Of a stretch of 64,000 nucleotides of DNA, positions 1 to 8,469 are shown piece after piece. Both the position numbers and the translations under genes were made by a program. The number at the start of each line of letters is the position of its first letter. Positions within the stretch are counted from its first letter, which is position 1. Source of the DNA: Candidatus Uhrbacteria bacterium. Lineage in GTDB: Bacteria; Patescibacteriota; Patescibacteriia; UBA9934. The notes under the pieces were generated by a model. It saw nothing but the letters and a program-made list of their open reading frames with translations. It ran no database searches and was not told where the DNA came from. The DNA lies in assembly GCA_943359325.1 (NCBI GenBank), contig CALRHD010000004.1, forward strand, positions 5,836 through 69,835, read 5' to 3'.

Positions 1-607
1 GTCGCAGGATTGAGCGTCAGTGTTCCCTGGCCAACGCTAGAGCCCTGTGGGCTTCCCGTTAATGTAAGATTTCCGCTTGAATCAAGCGCAACAACCGCCG
101 CGCTGGTGCCGCCTGTTTGTGTGGTATCGAGGCCGTCGTGAAGGCTCGAGTTTATTGCGTAAGGTGCAGCGGTGATGGCCTTACGTGGTGTAAGCGTTTC
201 TCCGTTAATAATTACTTCAAGAAAAACTGATGCGTCGTCACCAAACATCGCGTCAGAAATAGCCGCATATGGCGTTGCTGCGCCCGTGTCACCGAGATTT
301 TCGCTGAAAAGTCCATCGGTCAGTGTGACGGTTCGCGCCGTGGTCGAAGCACATGTTGCCGAGCTGTTCGACCAACCGCATGTCCCACCTGTCAATGCAC
401 TATAAAGCGCGAACGTAATGCTTGCCGTTGCATCGGCAACAGGAACGCCATTACTGTTGAGTAGTCGACCTTCATAGGTAAAAATGTTCGACGGAGCTAC
501 AGCTGCAGATGCACGAGAAAGCAAAGTAAAAAACGCTCCATACAACACAAACGACGCCAACATCATGCTGGCGAGCACTCGGAAAAGTACCGCTGTTCTA
601 CGCTGCA

Positions 608-3175
608 TCATACCTCCTCGTGTTGTGCGTCAATCGGAATATCGAACGCAAGCGCGGTTGCTTCTTGCTTCGCGCGATAGTCAACGGGCCGCACAATTTT
701 TTCGTCGTACCCTGGCTTGCTATACGTCACATAATACTCATTGGGGCCAACAAGAAATGCGTAACGACCAAGACGATCGGTAAGAACCGTCTCGATGAGT
801 TTATTATACGTCGGTTCGAACAATCTGACGATAGCGTTGCCCACAGGATTCTTCGACACACCGTCGTACACAATGCCCCAACCTTTTGGTTTACTCGTTC
901 GCACCAATCGCCGCACCAAAACATACACAAAAATCTGCACAAGCAGCATGCATGCAGTAAAAATACTTGGTGCAAGTACGAGCGTCACGAGTCCGAGCAG
1001 AACGCCAACAATTGCAACGCCGTGTTGCAGCACACGGAAAAATCGTTTGAATGCAATGCTCCGTGGCGTGTGAAGTTCAGGCGTATTCGCAGGGTCGAGC
1101 GGAATATTTGCCGAAATTGTCGCTTCTTTTTCGCTGACGGTAATTTCTTGCCCTGTATACACATCTAAAAATGTTCCGTCGTCTTTTTTGCCCTGCAAAA
1201 TTTGACTAGGGAATGCAAATCCGACTTTTTGAGCAATGATCGCGTATATTCCAGGAGCTGCACTCAGCAAATATTTACCTTGTGCATCCGTCACGACGGT
1301 ACGAAGCAAGCGGCGCTCAGGCAAAGAGAAAAGTCGTACCGTTGCCAAATCAACAGGCAATTTTGTTGCAGCGTTGTATACAGTGCCGAACGCTTTTCTG
1401 CGACGTCGGGCAAAAAAGAGAATGGGCGAGGTAAAGAGATACTGCAAAAATGGCAATAGACTAAAGGACGATGCAAGAATAATCGTAGACGCAGCCGCGA
1501 GCACAACAGTCGTGGGAATTGCGATGTCCGTACCGACCTGAATTTCTGGCAGCATACGAAGCGACGCGATGACGTTCGCAATTTTTGCAACAACAGTTGT
1601 TGACGTTAACGACGCTGGTTCTTCGGTATCTGTGATCGCTACTGGCTCCATGCGCACCATTTCAATGCTTGGACTCAGGATGTGATCCGTAACGGTGATT
1701 GTTTTAGAGGCATCATCGAACCCTGATTTTCCCGCAATCACGACGTACGTTCCATTTGGGACATACCACGCAATCAAACCATCTGCTCCTGCGACAATAG
1801 GGTTACTCTCGCCGTAATCGCTCGCGTTCCATGCGATTCGTGTACCGCCGATAATGCTGTAGACCGTCACAACTGCACCGGAAATAGGTACACGCCGACC
1901 GTCAATAATTTCGTACACCAAACCCGAACCACGCGCGTCAACAAAGTACGTTTCCTGTGTCGTTCCTGCTGCAGTCGTCACTTCAACGCTTATCGACGCA
2001 TCCGACGTAGGCACAGTAATAGTGCCCGTATATGTGCCATCATTTGACTCGGTAAGAACGTGGGCGACACCATCAACAAGTACCGAAACACCCTCGACAC
2101 GTTCGTCGCTCTCAACGTCCACGACAATCGTCGCTTCCGTGCCACCAATTGCGCCGAATGTGCTCCCGCTCGGTGCTAATACCAACCCTCCGTCCGCGAT
2201 AATTGAAACGTCGACGCTCACTTCCGCAGATGTGCTGCCACTTCCCGACGATGACGACGTATCCGACGTCCCACTATCGCCACTCGACGTTCCTGTGTCA
2301 GAGCTACTTCCCGACGCTCCTCCACTCGACGTCTCACCACTGCTCGAGTCAGTGCCAGATGTGTCACTACTCGACCCATCCGACGCATCGGTCGCGTCCG
2401 CCGTTGTTTCGCCGTCGGTCGATGTCGTATCCGTTGTTTCTGTAGTGTCCGCTGTATCACTCGTATCGGTCGTGTCTGGCGTCGTGTCTGTGCTGTCGGT
2501 CGTATCTGTTGTATCAGACGTATCTCCAGAGTCTGTAGAACCACTGTCGCTTCCTGCACCGCCACCCGACGACCCACCGCCACCGCCGCCACTCACACCC
2601 GATGGAAGAACATTTGCCGTAACATTTCCGCCGCTGTTCGTAGTAATGGCAAGTGGGATCGAACCTGACCCAGAAAATGTGCCTGCAATATTTACAAAAT
2701 AGGTTCCTACGCTACTCGGATTCGTAATACGATTTGCACCTGTCCCAGACGCCGTTGCGTTCAGGCCGATTTCAATAATCACCTGGCTGCCACTCGCAAT
2801 CGCACCGCCATCACCGCTACAAATGGTAAACGTAATGATCTGTCCTGAAATACCCGCCGACGCCTGATCGGTTCCCGAGCAATTTGCTGCGGTCGTAAGG
2901 TCGACGCCGTCGTCAGCAATGTCGATGTCGTCCTCGGTAATCGATGTCATGGTAAACCCTGTCGCAAACGTCACTGTCATTGTAGATCCTTCGCTTATTG
3001 CATTCGCAATAGTCATCACAATTTTATGGTTGCTCGCCGTCGCGATAACACTCGTTGACGGCTGGTCGTATGCATCCGTAACTGTTGTTGCATGTAAAGT
3101 GCCGAAAAAAACAAACGAGCACGCAACGAAAAGCGCGCATAGTATGCGGTTCTGCATCCCCCGACCGTTCACCAT
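608..3175 (-). CDS. large cell-surface protein: signal peptide, Gly/Ser/Thr/Asp-rich low-complexity linker, three carboxypeptidase-regulatory-like beta-sandwich repeats alternating with predicted TM segments
   Basis: 855-aa ORF. N-terminal hydrophobic leader MQNRILCALFVACSFVFFGTLHA. About 150 aa of GGGGGSSGGGAGSDSGSTDSGDTSDTTD... low complexity. Repeated units such as YVVIAGKSGFDDASKTITV, IYAIIAQKVGFAFPSQ and YYVTYSKPGYDEK resemble CarboxypepD_reg folds, each followed by a hydrophobic helix. Confidence 0.6.
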   Translation of the reverse strand: MVNGRGMQNRILCALFVACSFVFFGTLHATTVTDAYDQPSTSVIATASNHKIVMTIANAISEGSTMTVTFATGFTMTSITEDDIDIADDGVDLTTAANCSGTDQASAGISGQIITFTICSGDGGAIASGSQVIIEIGLNATASGTGANRITNPSSVGTYFVNIAGTFSGSGSIPLAITTNSGGNVTANVLPSGVSGGGGGGSSGGGAGSDSGSTDSGDTSDTTDTTDSTDTTPDTTDTSDTADTTETTDTTSTDGETTADATDASDGSSSDTSGTDSSSGETSSGGASGSSSDTGTSSGDSGTSDTSSSSGSGSTSAEVSVDVSIIADGGLVLAPSGSTFGAIGGTEATIVVDVESDERVEGVSVLVDGVAHVLTESNDGTYTGTITVPTSDASISVEVTTAAGTTQETYFVDARGSGLVYEIIDGRRVPISGAVVTVYSIIGGTRIAWNASDYGESNPIVAGADGLIAWYVPNGTYVVIAGKSGFDDASKTITVTDHILSPSIEMVRMEPVAITDTEEPASLTSTTVVAKIANVIASLRMLPEIQVGTDIAIPTTVVLAAASTIILASSFSLLPFLQYLFTSPILFFARRRRKAFGTVYNAATKLPVDLATVRLFSLPERRLLRTVVTDAQGKYLLSAAPGIYAIIAQKVGFAFPSQILQGKKDDGTFLDVYTGQEITVSEKEATISANIPLDPANTPELHTPRSIAFKRFFRVLQHGVAIVGVLLGLVTLVLAPSIFTACMLLVQIFVYVLVRRLVRTSKPKGWGIVYDGVSKNPVGNAIVRLFEPTYNKLIETVLTDRLGRYAFLVGPNEYYVTYSKPGYDEKIVRPVDYRAKQEATALAFDIPIDAQHEEV

Positions 3176-3178
3176 ACA

Positions 3179-4090
3179 CTAGGAAGCTCGACGCTTTCGC
3201 ATTGCAACGATACCCGCAATAATCAATAAGCAAAAGCTCATTGAGCGCCATGGAACAACCACCATGCGTGTCGTTCCAGACAACGTCGGCGCTACCCCAG
3301 GGTACGGTGCGGCCACCAACGTTGCCGTGAAAATGCCGAAACGATGTTCGGTAATCTCACGCCAAAGTTCGTGAAAAAAATTTTGTTGCGTTACGTCGCC
3401 AAGAAGAGACGTAAATAGGCGACGATGCCTGCTCGGCACACGATGCAACGCGGGATTCATGTCGATTTGCGCAATCGACTTTCCCCATGTGTTTTTTACG
3501 TCGATAAATCCGTATGGCTGCAATGTGCGTTCGCCGCCATTTTCAATTGTTACGACAAACTCTGTCGCAAGGTGTGACGTAAACACGGGTGCCGCAGAAA
3601 ACATGTTGAGTGTAGCTGCAACCGCTGGATCGCCAATGGTTACAAATACCAGGCTACTCACACCTGTTGCAACGGTAACTGCATTATCTCCTGCAACCTC
3701 ACGAACGACAAGCCCAACCGCAAAAGAATCTGGCTGTGACTGCATCGGTGCACTCACCGTGAGGAGCACAACGCGCGCAGCGTTCGGTGCTAGAGTGAAT
3801 TTCGAAGTATTCAGAGAAAGTATTGCCGCATGTTCAGAGGAAATAGCGGAAAATTGTGGGCTAGATCCATCGGGACTGAGTGTAACGTCATAAAGAGTTG
3901 CGATATACGTCAATGATTGTAACGTATCATTTTGAACGCTAAAATCCTGTGTCGCTACGGTACCAACTTCAACCGCAATATCGGTTGTTGTTGGCGTAAA
4001 CACCATTGCCTGTGCCTCATTGACGTGTAAAAACCATGCAAGAATCCATGCACAAAAAAGCATATACGAGGTACTAGTAATCTCCCACAA
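3179..4090 (-). CDS. secreted or anchored hypothetical protein (signal peptide, C-terminal hydrophobic segment plus basic tail)
   Basis: 303-aa ORF. Leader MLFCAWILAWFLHVNEAQA. C-terminus FCLLIIAGIVAMRKRRAS. An alternative internal ATG at 4063 would remove the 17-nt overlap with the next gene. Confidence 0.5.
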   Translation of the reverse strand: MWEITSTSYMLFCAWILAWFLHVNEAQAMVFTPTTTDIAVEVGTVATQDFSVQNDTLQSLTYIATLYDVTLSPDGSSPQFSAISSEHAAILSLNTSKFTLAPNAARVVLLTVSAPMQSQPDSFAVGLVVREVAGDNAVTVATGVSSLVFVTIGDPAVAATLNMFSAAPVFTSHLATEFVVTIENGGERTLQPYGFIDVKNTWGKSIAQIDMNPALHRVPSRHRRLFTSLLGDVTQQNFFHELWREITEHRFGIFTATLVAAPYPGVAPTLSGTTRMVVVPWRSMSFCLLIIAGIVAMRKRRAS

Positions 4091-5009
4091 AAATAACCGT
4101 CAGTGCCTGCGTATACATCGCCGACGTTGCACCTGTCGCAATCGAAGCCTTCAGCGTAAGAAAATCTCGCGTATACAAACTGTTGTCTCCGCGGCTTCCA
4201 ACTTGTTGTGGAGTTGTGGTAATCGCAGTGTCTGCTGTATCGAATGTCGATGACGCAAGTGAGGTGTCTGAAGATCGCGCGCCATATTCCGTTGCCCCAG
4301 GCGATACAGTTCCATCGCTCACGTCAGTAAGCACGTTACCCGAACTACCGGATGCCGTAATGTCTCTGTCTTCCATGACATAAATATTGTAACCCTGCGA
4401 CACATCTGCGCTCGCTTCCCAACCAACAATGAGTGTAGAGACCGCATCCGTTACCAGAGTACCAAAATCGAGGGCAGTCACTGCGCTCAACAAATACACA
4501 ACATCGTTTACCCCATCGATTGTCGGCGTTGTTCCTCCTGTGTTCAGCGCATCCACCGTCATTGTTGTCGCGGTAAGCGATGCAACCTTTCCCATTGCAG
4601 TAATCTGTGAAACACCCTCATTTTGGACAATCGCAATATAGCTACCAACCGAATATGAGGACGTTGTTGTTACTGTCACCGTTGTTCCCGAAAGTAATGT
4701 TGCGCCAACCTGATAGCTCCTTGATTCTGAGAGCACGTTAAAATTGACCGTTCGATCGTATATTCCCCCTCGATATCCTTCCTTCAGGCTATAACTCGCA
4801 CTTGTTCCCGCACCTGCAATGTTTTCGATTGAATCGTGAAGTTTATAGGACGCGGAAGATGAATCGTTCGAACCCCCCGCATCAACCGAATCCCACAAAA
4901 TCTGGTAGTTTGTCGACGTCATTGCCGCAACCGCAAAATTTGGTGAGAATCCCGAAAGAAACAACATCGATACCAAAACAAGAGATAGCGTCTTCTTCAC
5001 GCTCGCCAT
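4074..5009 (-). CDS. secreted Thr/Ser-rich hypothetical protein
   Basis: 311-aa ORF. Signal peptide MASVKKTLSLVLVSMLFLSGFSPNFAVAA. Ordinary amino-acid composition, no stops. Co-oriented with the two preceding surface-protein genes. Confidence 0.5.
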   Translation of the reverse strand: MASVKKTLSLVLVSMLFLSGFSPNFAVAAMTSTNYQILWDSVDAGGSNDSSSASYKLHDSIENIAGAGTSASYSLKEGYRGGIYDRTVNFNVLSESRSYQVGATLLSGTTVTVTTTSSYSVGSYIAIVQNEGVSQITAMGKVASLTATTMTVDALNTGGTTPTIDGVNDVVYLLSAVTALDFGTLVTDAVSTLIVGWEASADVSQGYNIYVMEDRDITASGSSGNVLTDVSDGTVSPGATEYGARSSDTSLASSTFDTADTAITTTPQQVGSRGDNSLYTRDFLTLKASIATGATSAMYTQALTVIFVGDY

Positions 5010-5207
5010 ACCTCTCTATTTTACACTATCGCGCCAACGCTGAACACAAAAATAAATGATTTTTAACAATCTTACTGAACAAGTTTGTTGTTCATCTTTA
5101 AATCAGCTATGTTTGTCCTGTCTATCGTTGACTTTTATATACATTTAAGCCTCTTTCTGGCAGTTTTTTTCCTGGAAAAATACTCCTTTTCCCCTCTTTT
5201 TTTGCAC

Positions 5208-5249
5208 TTATCCACAGTGTAAGATTCTTAAAATCACTACTTATCCACA
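5208..5249 (+). promoter_or_regulatory. two perfect DnaA-box 9-mers (TTATCCACA) 24 nt apart in the upstream region of the surface-protein operon
   Basis: ttatccaca at 5208-5216 and at 5241-5249, read directly from the sequence. Confidence 0.5.
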
Positions 5250-5279
5250 CCTCTCCTCTCAAAACTTACCCCGGTTTTC

Positions 5280-5299
5280 ATCCCCATGAAAATGGGGAT
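5280..5299. terminator. perfect hairpin atcccca-tgaaaa-tggggat
   Basis: 7-bp inverted repeat with a 6-nt loop. A similar tcccca/tgggga hairpin recurs at 34513-34536. Confidence 0.4.
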
Positions 5300-5316
5300 C
5301 CATGTTCATTCGCTCT

Positions 5317-5511
5317 GGATTCCCGCCTACGCGGGAATGACAAACCTGTGTGTTGAGGCGTCCATAAGAGCCTGTTTATAATCTCACACGTTTCCCATAA
5401 ATGCATCGCTAACGCTGTCATCCTCACGAATGTAGGGAACCGGTGTATTTCTTTGGATTTTCGCTTACGTGGGAATGACATGTCCGTCTGTTGAGGCATT
5501 TATAAGACTGC
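5317..5511. repeat. two copies of a roughly 57-nt direct repeat (5317-5374 and 5455-5511, about 75% identical), each with an internal hairpin, lying downstream of the minus-strand tRNA-Ala
   Basis: ggattcccgcctacgcgggaatgaca...gttgaggc...taaga aligns with ggattttcgcttacgtgggaatgaca...gttgaggc...taaga. Copy 1 contains the palindrome tcccgc-ctac-gcggga. Confidence 0.55.
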
Positions 5512-5593
5512 AAGGACCAAAATAACAAACACCCCTGTATTGCAGGAGTGTTTGTCTTGATTCTGCCGAGCGGATTTGAGCCGTTCAGCGGCA

Positions 5594-5669
5594 TGGTGGA
5601 CCTGAGCGGATTCGAACCGCTGACCTCTGCAATGCGAATGCAGCGCTCTACCAACTGAGCCACAGGCCC
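5594..5669 (-). tRNA. tRNA-Ala (anticodon CGC)
   Basis: Full cloverleaf read on the minus strand: GGGCCTG acceptor with a G3:U70 wobble, D-arm GCTCAGTTGGTAGAGC, anticodon loop TTCGCAT, T-loop TTCGAAT, encoded CCA. Confidence 0.85.
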
Positions 5670-5782
5670 TTATTCGTGTCTACTTTATTCTGAAAAGTGC
5701 CCATTTTAGGCCTGTTACATATGCAACAGGCTTGCCATAAGCAGTGAGCGTAGTCTCGTCCAATCGCTACATTCGCACCCCG

Positions 5783-5859
5783 TGGTGACCCCGGAGGGAG
5801 TTGAACCCCCAACCTTGTCCTTAGGACGGACCTGCTCTATCCAGTTGAGCTACGAGGTC
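5783..5859 (-). tRNA. tRNA-Arg (anticodon CCU)
   Basis: Acceptor GACCTCG/CGGGGTC, D-arm GCTCAACTGGATAGAGC, anticodon loop GTCCTAA, T-arm GGGGG-TTCAACT-CCCTC, encoded CCA. The anticodon stem has a G27-A43 mismatch. Confidence 0.7.
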
Positions 5860-5998
5860 ATGTTGTTAAACCTCAAGTGTCGTAAAATGCATTTACTGCC
5901 CACTGTGCTATACTGGAGCTTCAACAATTACCTACTACGAAATTTTGTTCACAACGAACACCGCGAAAAGTATAACGGCGCAATGCCAGAAGGTCAAT

Positions 5999-7114
5999 AT
6001 GGATAGTCAGTTTGTTGTCGTCATTTTCGCACTTCTTGCGATCGGTGTAATAATTATCCTCACATTACGTCATAATACAAAGGCCTCCTCGCGACAATTT
6101 TCAGAGGGCGTTGCAGAGCTTGTTGAAAAGGTGAGAGAAGACATGCTCAAAATGAGCGATCGTGACCGCTCAGAGATGCAGTCGCAGCTCAATCGCGTCA
6201 ACGATCAACTCTCAAGGGGCCTTAGCGACTCCAGAACGGCACTTATCCAACAGTTTGAGCAAACGTCGAAGATAGTGCAGGACGTCACCCAGAAGCTCAC
6301 AACGCTCGACAGTACAAACAAGCAAGTGCTCGATTTCTCATCACAGCTACAGAATCTACAAAATATTTTGAAAAGCCCAAAGCAACGTGGTGTTGTGGGT
6401 GAATTTTATCTTGCACAACTTCTCAGCAACGTCCTTACAAAGGAAAGCTTTGCGCTCCAGCACCATCTCGGCGTCGACGAATCAACAGGGAAGGAGCTGA
6501 TTGCCGATGCCGCAATTTTTGTTGGTGACCTCACTATTCCTATCGATGCGAAGTTCAGTCTGGAGAATTACAACCGTATAATGGAGGAATTTGATCCAGA
6601 GCGACGTGAAAAACTGGAAAAGGATTTTAAAAACGACATCAAACTCCGCATCGATGAGACTGCAAAATATATTCAACCGAATTTCAACACCATGAACTTC
6701 GCATTCATGTTTATTCCTGCGGAGGGCGTGTATTACAATCTCATGAACGCTGAGGTGGGGAGTGGCATTAACAGCCGCAGCCTTACAGAATATGCGTTTA
6801 CCAAAGGTGTTATGATTGTTTCTCCAACGTCATTTTACGCCTATCTCCAAACTGTTTTACTCGGCCTCAAACATTTACAAATCGAAAAAGGAGCGCAGGA
6901 AATCATTAAACGCGTCGCAGAACTCGGCAATCACTTCCGGAAATTCGCCGATTATCACGACAGACTTGGCAAAAATCTCGGGACGGTCGTCGGGCAATAC
7001 AATGCGTCGAACGAAGAGCTGCGAAAGGTGAGCAAAGACGTTATCCGCATCACCTCGGGTGCCTCAACCGAGCTTATCGAGCTCGACGAGGTCACGAAGC
7101 CTGCAATCGAGTAG
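5999..7114 (+). CDS. rmuC: DNA recombination protein RmuC
   Basis: N-terminal TM helix, then a coiled-coil, then a C-terminal RmuC nuclease-like domain. The internal ATG at 5999 (MDSQFVVVIFALLAIG) was chosen because the ORF's 5-prime extension overlaps the tRNA. Confidence 0.8.
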   Translation: MDSQFVVVIFALLAIGVIIILTLRHNTKASSRQFSEGVAELVEKVREDMLKMSDRDRSEMQSQLNRVNDQLSRGLSDSRTALIQQFEQTSKIVQDVTQKLTTLDSTNKQVLDFSSQLQNLQNILKSPKQRGVVGEFYLAQLLSNVLTKESFALQHHLGVDESTGKELIADAAIFVGDLTIPIDAKFSLENYNRIMEEFDPERREKLEKDFKNDIKLRIDETAKYIQPNFNTMNFAFMFIPAEGVYYNLMNAEVGSGINSRSLTEYAFTKGVMIVSPTSFYAYLQTVLLGLKHLQIEKGAQEIIKRVAELGNHFRKFADYHDRLGKNLGTVVGQYNASNEELRKVSKDVIRITSGASTELIELDEVTKPAIE

Positions 7115-7146
7115 ATAAAAAAACGGGCTCGAAGCCCGTTTTGTTC
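7115..7146. terminator. bidirectional rho-independent terminator between rmuC and rpsT
   Basis: aaaaaaa-ACGGGC-tcgaa-GCCCGT-ttttgtt, a GC stem flanked by an A-run and a T-run. Confidence 0.7.
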
Positions 7147-7416
7147 TTATTTCTTTCCTACTTTGTTGAGCTTCGTCGCCATTCGTGACTTTGTGCGCGC
7201 TGCCGTGTTCTTTTTTACTGCCTTTTTGCTCACCGCCTTGTCGAGCTGTTTGTACAGAGCGGTAATAAGCTTCTTTGCTTCGGCGACATTGCCCGCCTCG
7301 AGGGCCTTGCGGAAATTGCGGCTCAAATTGTTGATTTCGCTCGTATGTTTCTTGTTGCGGCTTGCACGCTTCACACTTTGACGAAGCGCTTTCTTAGCAT
7401 TATCGAGATTTGGCAT
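7147..7416 (-). CDS. rpsT: 30S ribosomal protein S20
   Basis: 89-aa basic protein (KKALRQSVKRASRNKKHTSEIN...) with the typical bS20 pattern. Confidence 0.85.
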   Translation of the reverse strand: MPNLDNAKKALRQSVKRASRNKKHTSEINNLSRNFRKALEAGNVAEAKKLITALYKQLDKAVSKKAVKKNTAARTKSRMATKLNKVGKK

Positions 7417-7476
7417 AAATAGTGTGGGACGAATGTAATAAGAATGAGCGAACTTTAGCGAAAAGGGGGGAATGCG

Positions 7477-8454
7477 TCAAGCCAATAGCATATCCGTGAC
7501 AATACGATCAACGGCAAGCGCGCTATCAACTCTGCCACGTTTCGCATCTCTATCCATCTGCGTAATAAGGCCGTGAAGCCTAAAAATTTGAACGAACGTG
7601 TAGCATTTTGCCTGCGCCAACGTCTTCTGCGCGACGAATGGGTGCATGGAAAGTTTTTTTGCTACCGTCCCTTTGTCTACGCTAGCGTAGCCATCCGTCA
7701 GCGTTTTAACCTGAGCGAGTAAACGAACCTGCCGCGCAATCATGGCGAGAATGTAGAGATCGGCCGAGCCTGCCGCACGTTCATCGGCAAGCATACGGAG
7801 TGCCGTTTTTGCATCGTTCCCCGCAAGCGCATCAACGAGCGCAAAAATATTCGATGCGCTATCTCGCATAACAAGCATGTCGATCGCTACTCTTGTTATA
7901 GACTCTTTTCCTGCATATGCCGCCAATTTGGCAATTTCTTGCCTCAGGCGCCACACATCATCACCAACTCGCGCCGCCAACTCAGCAGCAACGTCACGCG
8001 ATATTGTTGCACCATGCTCTTTTGCTCGTTCCACAACCCACCGCACAAGCACATCTCCTTCTAATTTTTCCTGTGCATAATGGTGTGTTTCCGCCATGTC
8101 TTTGCACCCCACGAATACCGCATGCTTCTCGATAGCCTTCGCATCCTCACAATCTGCAAGTACTACAATACTCGAAGACGGCGTACGGCGAAGGGCATCA
8201 ATCCACACATCTGATTGAGCTTTCTTGAGCGTCATGAGTAAACCCCGCACAATCACCATGCGTTTTTCACTCAAAAACGGCGCGCTTTGCACCGCCTGCA
8301 CAATGTCCCCAAATGGCAATTCTGAAGAACCTGTCGTAGGGAACTCCGCCAAATTCATGCCCGACGCATCAAATTTCTGCAAAAATCGTTTCCGCATTTC
8401 TTCAACTTTCTCGGAAACGCGTACACCGTCCGAACCGTACACAAAAATCAACAT
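7477..8454 (-). CDS. holA: DNA polymerase III delta subunit
   Basis: 325 aa. N-terminal MLIFVYGSDGVRVSEK..., AAA-lid-like middle region and delta C-terminal domain, consistent with HolA. Confidence 0.7.
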   Translation of the reverse strand: MLIFVYGSDGVRVSEKVEEMRKRFLQKFDASGMNLAEFPTTGSSELPFGDIVQAVQSAPFLSEKRMVIVRGLLMTLKKAQSDVWIDALRRTPSSSIVVLADCEDAKAIEKHAVFVGCKDMAETHHYAQEKLEGDVLVRWVVERAKEHGATISRDVAAELAARVGDDVWRLRQEIAKLAAYAGKESITRVAIDMLVMRDSASNIFALVDALAGNDAKTALRMLADERAAGSADLYILAMIARQVRLLAQVKTLTDGYASVDKGTVAKKLSMHPFVAQKTLAQAKCYTFVQIFRLHGLITQMDRDAKRGRVDSALAVDRIVTDMLLA

Positions 8455-8469
8455 AGCAGGACCATCCTA

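Noticed and set aside
2022-2702. 226-aa plus-strand ORF within the low-complexity region of the surface-protein gene
   Set aside because: Arises from the reverse complement of the G/S/T/D codon repeats (Ser/Val/Pro-rich). The minus-strand frame carries the signal peptide and domain repeats.
5782-6006. Short ORFs overlapping tRNA genes (5782-6006, 12114-12302, 12262-12486, 63623-63916, 5424-5663)
   Set aside because: They run through confidently folded tRNA genes and terminators, so they are spurious.
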